DNA of 24,000 nucleotides from an uncultured Tangfeifania sp. (GTDB lineage Bacteria; Bacteroidota; Bacteroidia; Bacteroidales; Prolixibacteraceae): NCBI GenBank assembly GCA_964528535.1, contig CAZGSQ010000019.1, positions 10,605 to 34,604 of the forward strand, read 5' to 3'. Shown piece by piece: positions 21,643 to 24,000 of this stretch (position 1 is its first letter; each line of letters starts with the position of its first letter). The notes under the pieces were generated by a model. It saw only the letters and a program-made list of their open reading frames with translations, ran no database searches and was not told where the DNA came from. The position numbers and the translations under genes were made by a program.

Positions 21643-23040
21643 TTACTTCCCGATGCAAAAATTCTTAAAAATATTCCCCAACACCTCATCTGTGGTGATC
21701 TGACCGGTGATGGCACCCAGGTAATGCAGGCATTCGCGGATGTCCTGCGCAAGAAACTCCCCCGACAGGTTGGACCGGAGTCCGGCGATGGTGCGCTCAA
21801 TGGCCTGAAGTGCGTGGGTAAGGGCCACGTAGTGACGGATGTTGGTGACAATGACATCGCCGGTACCAAGCTCCTCCAGCGCGACTGCCGATTGCATCGT
21901 TTGAACCAGTGAAGAGAGGTTCTCTTTTGATTTGGCCGCAACAAAGAGCAACTTCTCGTTGTTTTGAAGGGGAACGGACAACAGCTCTGCAAGTCTGGGT
22001 TTGGTGGCAAGATCCGATTTGTTGGCTACCAGAATAAGTTGCTGCTCTTCTGAAATCCTGGTTCTGATTTCAGCAATCCTGGTAAGATTTTGGGCTGTTG
22101 AAGTGGTAAGGTCAAGTACCAGCAGCACAATGGAAGCCTGCCCGAGCTTCCGGTAGGAGCGCTCGATGCCCATCCTTTCGATGGGTTCTGCAGTGGTACG
22201 CAATCCGGCGGTATCGAAGAAACGGAACAGCATGCCATTCAGTTGGACCACATCCTCTATGACATCGCGTGTGGTGCCGTGGATGTCAGAGACAATGGCC
22301 TTCTCTTCGTTCAAAAGTGCATTGAGCAGTGTAGATTTTCCAACATTGGTCTCGCCTACAATGGCCACAGGAATCCCATTTTTCAGCACATTGCCCAGAC
22401 GAAAAGAGTCGGCAAGTTTCCTGATAAGTGCTTCAATTTGAACCACCAACTCCATCAAAAGGAGCCTGTCTGCAAATTCAACATCCTCCTCGCTGAAATC
22501 GAGTTCGAGTTCAATGAGGGTGATGAAGTGCAGCAGTTGCGCTCTCAACTGGCTGATTTCCGATGAGAATCCGCCCCTCATCTGGTTCAGTGCAACCCTG
22601 TGTGAAGCCTCGTTTTCGGAGGTGATCAAATCTGCAACTGCCTCGGCCTGTGACAAGTCCATCTTGCCATTGAGAAAAGCACGTTGGGTAAACTCGCCAG
22701 GTTGCGCCAATTCTGCTCCTTCGTCGATGAGCCACTTCAGGAGCTGCTGCTGAACATAGCGTGACCCATGACAGGAAATTTCGACGACATCCTCGCCCGT
22801 ATATGAATGGGGAGCCCTAAAGAGGGAGATGACCACCTCGTCGAGGGTAACTTCTCCTTTGCAAATTGAGCCAAAATGGAGGGTATTGGCAGGCTGACCT
22901 GTCAACTTTTTGCCTTTGTCAGGGGCTTGAAAGAGCCTGTCGGCGATGACGATGGCCGACGATCCGGAGAGCCGGACAACAGCTATTCCACCGGTTCCGG
23001 CCGGTGTGGAGATGGCACAAATTGTGGATGTGGCGATCAT
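21643..23040 (-). CDS. mnmE: tRNA modification GTPase MnmE (TrmE)
   Basis: The conserved N-terminus is MIATSTICAISTPAGTGGIAVVRLSG. G-domain motifs are GETNVGKSTLLN and DTAG. The canonical C-terminus is NFCIGK. The start is moved to the ATG at 23040, because the 25 extra codons in the ORF track overlap the hsp20 terminator and are absent from the MnmE consensus. Confidence 0.92.
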   Translation of the reverse strand: MIATSTICAISTPAGTGGIAVVRLSGSSAIVIADRLFQAPDKGKKLTGQPANTLHFGSICKGEVTLDEVVISLFRAPHSYTGEDVVEISCHGSRYVQQQLLKWLIDEGAELAQPGEFTQRAFLNGKMDLSQAEAVADLITSENEASHRVALNQMRGGFSSEISQLRAQLLHFITLIELELDFSEEDVEFADRLLLMELVVQIEALIRKLADSFRLGNVLKNGIPVAIVGETNVGKSTLLNALLNEEKAIVSDIHGTTRDVIEDVVQLNGMLFRFFDTAGLRTTAEPIERMGIERSYRKLGQASIVLLVLDLTTSTAQNLTRIAEIRTRISEEQQLILVANKSDLATKPRLAELLSVPLQNNEKLLFVAAKSKENLSSLVQTMQSAVALEELGTGDVIVTNIRHYVALTHALQAIERTIAGLRSNLSGEFLAQDIRECLHYLGAITGQITTDEVLGNIFKNFCIGK

Positions 23041-23110
23041 GTTGGCCAATTTTTGCACAAATATAGCAGATTTACTGCCAAGGCCGCCCGCCAACTTCCT
23101 GGTAAGGTGC

Positions 23111-23135
23111 AACAAAAAAGGCCCCTAAGGACCTT
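23111..23135 (-). terminator. Rho-independent terminator downstream of hsp20
   Basis: The minus-strand RNA AAGGUCC-UUAG-GGGGCCUU forms a 7-bp stem including one U-G wobble with a 4-nt loop, and runs into a U-tract (UUUUUUG). It starts 7 nt after the hsp20 stop. Confidence 0.55.
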
Positions 23136-23141
23136 CTCTGC

Positions 23142-23582
23142 TTACTGAATCTCGATAGCCCTTGCAGGCTTTGGCTTCAGCTCTTCCCGCTTTGGCAGCG
23201 TGAGCAACAGGATGCCATCTTTGTAGGTAGCCTGAATCTGATCACCATTGACTGTTTCGATCGGAATGCTGAACTGACGGCGGAAAGTGCTGTAGTTGAA
23301 TTCCTTTCTGGAATAGTGTTCGGTGGACTCGCTGTTGGTGGCTGTTGCTTCACCCGTTACTGTTAACCTGTTTTGATCCAGATCAATCTTGAAATCCTCC
23401 CTTTTCATGCCGGGCGCAGCGACTTCAATTTGGATGCGGTTCTCATCTTCAAGGATGTTGACGGCCGGCAGCGTTGAGTCGTCGGCCGAAAATCCGGTGT
23501 TGTTCCAATCGAGTAAATCCCTGTTAAACAATTGATTCATTAAGGTTGGATACAATCTGTTGGTCGTTCTGATAAGTGTCAT
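23142..23582 (-). CDS. Hsp20/alpha-crystallin family small heat-shock protein
   Basis: 146 aa. The alpha-crystallin core reads PAVNILEDENRIQIEVAAPGMKREDFKIDLDQNRLTVTG...FSIPIETVNGDQIQATYKDGILLLTLPK. A strong AGGAGG lies 8 nt upstream of the ATG. Confidence 0.88.
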   Translation of the reverse strand: MTLIRTTNRLYPTLMNQLFNRDLLDWNNTGFSADDSTLPAVNILEDENRIQIEVAAPGMKREDFKIDLDQNRLTVTGEATATNSESTEHYSRKEFNYSTFRRQFSIPIETVNGDQIQATYKDGILLLTLPKREELKPKPARAIEIQ

Positions 23583-23898
23583 TTTAAGTTCCTCCTATTC
23601 TTTAGTTAAACATTTTTGTCTCCACTTTGTCGTGGTACATCTCCTCTTGTCCAATCTGTGTGCCATTATTTGGATGAAAAATCAAAAGGTTCTAATTTTC
23701 AACAAGATAAAATTGGTACTTCATAAAGAGGAGACAAATTGACAATTTTGGGACCTAAACTTGCTGACAAAAAGTCACAACATCCTCATATTCATGCTAA
23801 TATGTCAGATTTCAACGATTTAAATAGCACTTGAGAATCCTTTTTGATTTTTGAAAAAAAAGCAGTCGATGCGCAGAGACAACCTGCCGAAAAAAAAT

Positions 23899-23906
23899 TA
23901 TATTTG
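23899..23906 (+). promoter_or_regulatory. Candidate Bacteroidetes -7 box (TATATTTG) for the gene starting at 23950
   Basis: Exact match to TAnnTTTG, 44 nt upstream of the ATG at 23950. Single motif match only. Confidence 0.35.
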
Positions 23907-23949
23907 AAGTATTATCCCACCAGTATTTACATTTCAAATTTCAGACAAC

Positions 23950-24000
23950 ATGCTTCCAAAATTTCTACTTGCCGACAACTCACAAGTGCTCCCCGACACC
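23950..24000 (+). CDS. 5' end of an unidentified protein-coding gene, truncated by the window edge
   Basis: The ATG at 23950 is open to the window end (MLPKFLLADNSQVLPDT). It is preceded by a TAnnTTTG box. Too short to identify. Confidence 0.3.
   Translation, partial: MLPKFLLADNSQVLPDT

Noticed and set aside
23041-23115. 25-codon N-terminal extension of mnmE in the ORF track (start at 23115)
   Set aside because: The MnmE consensus begins at MIATSTICAISTP (ATG at 23040). The extension overlaps the hsp20 terminator hairpin and T-tract and has no MnmE-like sequence.

Overview
This window looks like a chromosomal segment of a Bacteroidota-type genome. That placement is an inference from gene content: DUF5916/CBM9-like outer-membrane protein, lipoprotein signals and TAnnTTTG-type promoter boxes. 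All family calls come from motif recognition in the supplied translations; no similarity search was run.

Layout:
- Left flank (1-6572): three envelope or secreted proteins at roughly 50% GC.
- Centre (about 6573-21640): a minus-strand defence island.
- Right flank: housekeeping mnmE and an Hsp20 small heat-shock gene, then the first 17 codons of a plus-strand gene at the window edge.

The island, from low to high coordinates:
- a spacer-less array of exact 21-bp tandem repeats
- mcrC and mcrB (McrB has a roughly 410-aa N-terminal extension)
- an MqsR-like toxin with an MqsA-like antitoxin that carries a C-terminal Panacea/DUF4065 domain
- a KAP-family P-loop NTPase with transmembrane helices inside the NTPase domain and a collagen-like Gly-X-Y tract
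- a type I R-M locus, hsdR / [RAYT insertion with inverted REP-like hairpins] / hsdM / hsdS, in which hsdS carries one in-frame TAG

Best candidate for something undescribed: the low-GC block 10771-14361. It holds the collagen-tract KAP NTPase, whose start lies 11 nt after the hsdS stop, plus the MqsR / MqsA-Panacea pair. The 21-bp array and the decaying or re-specified type I system are the other main points.
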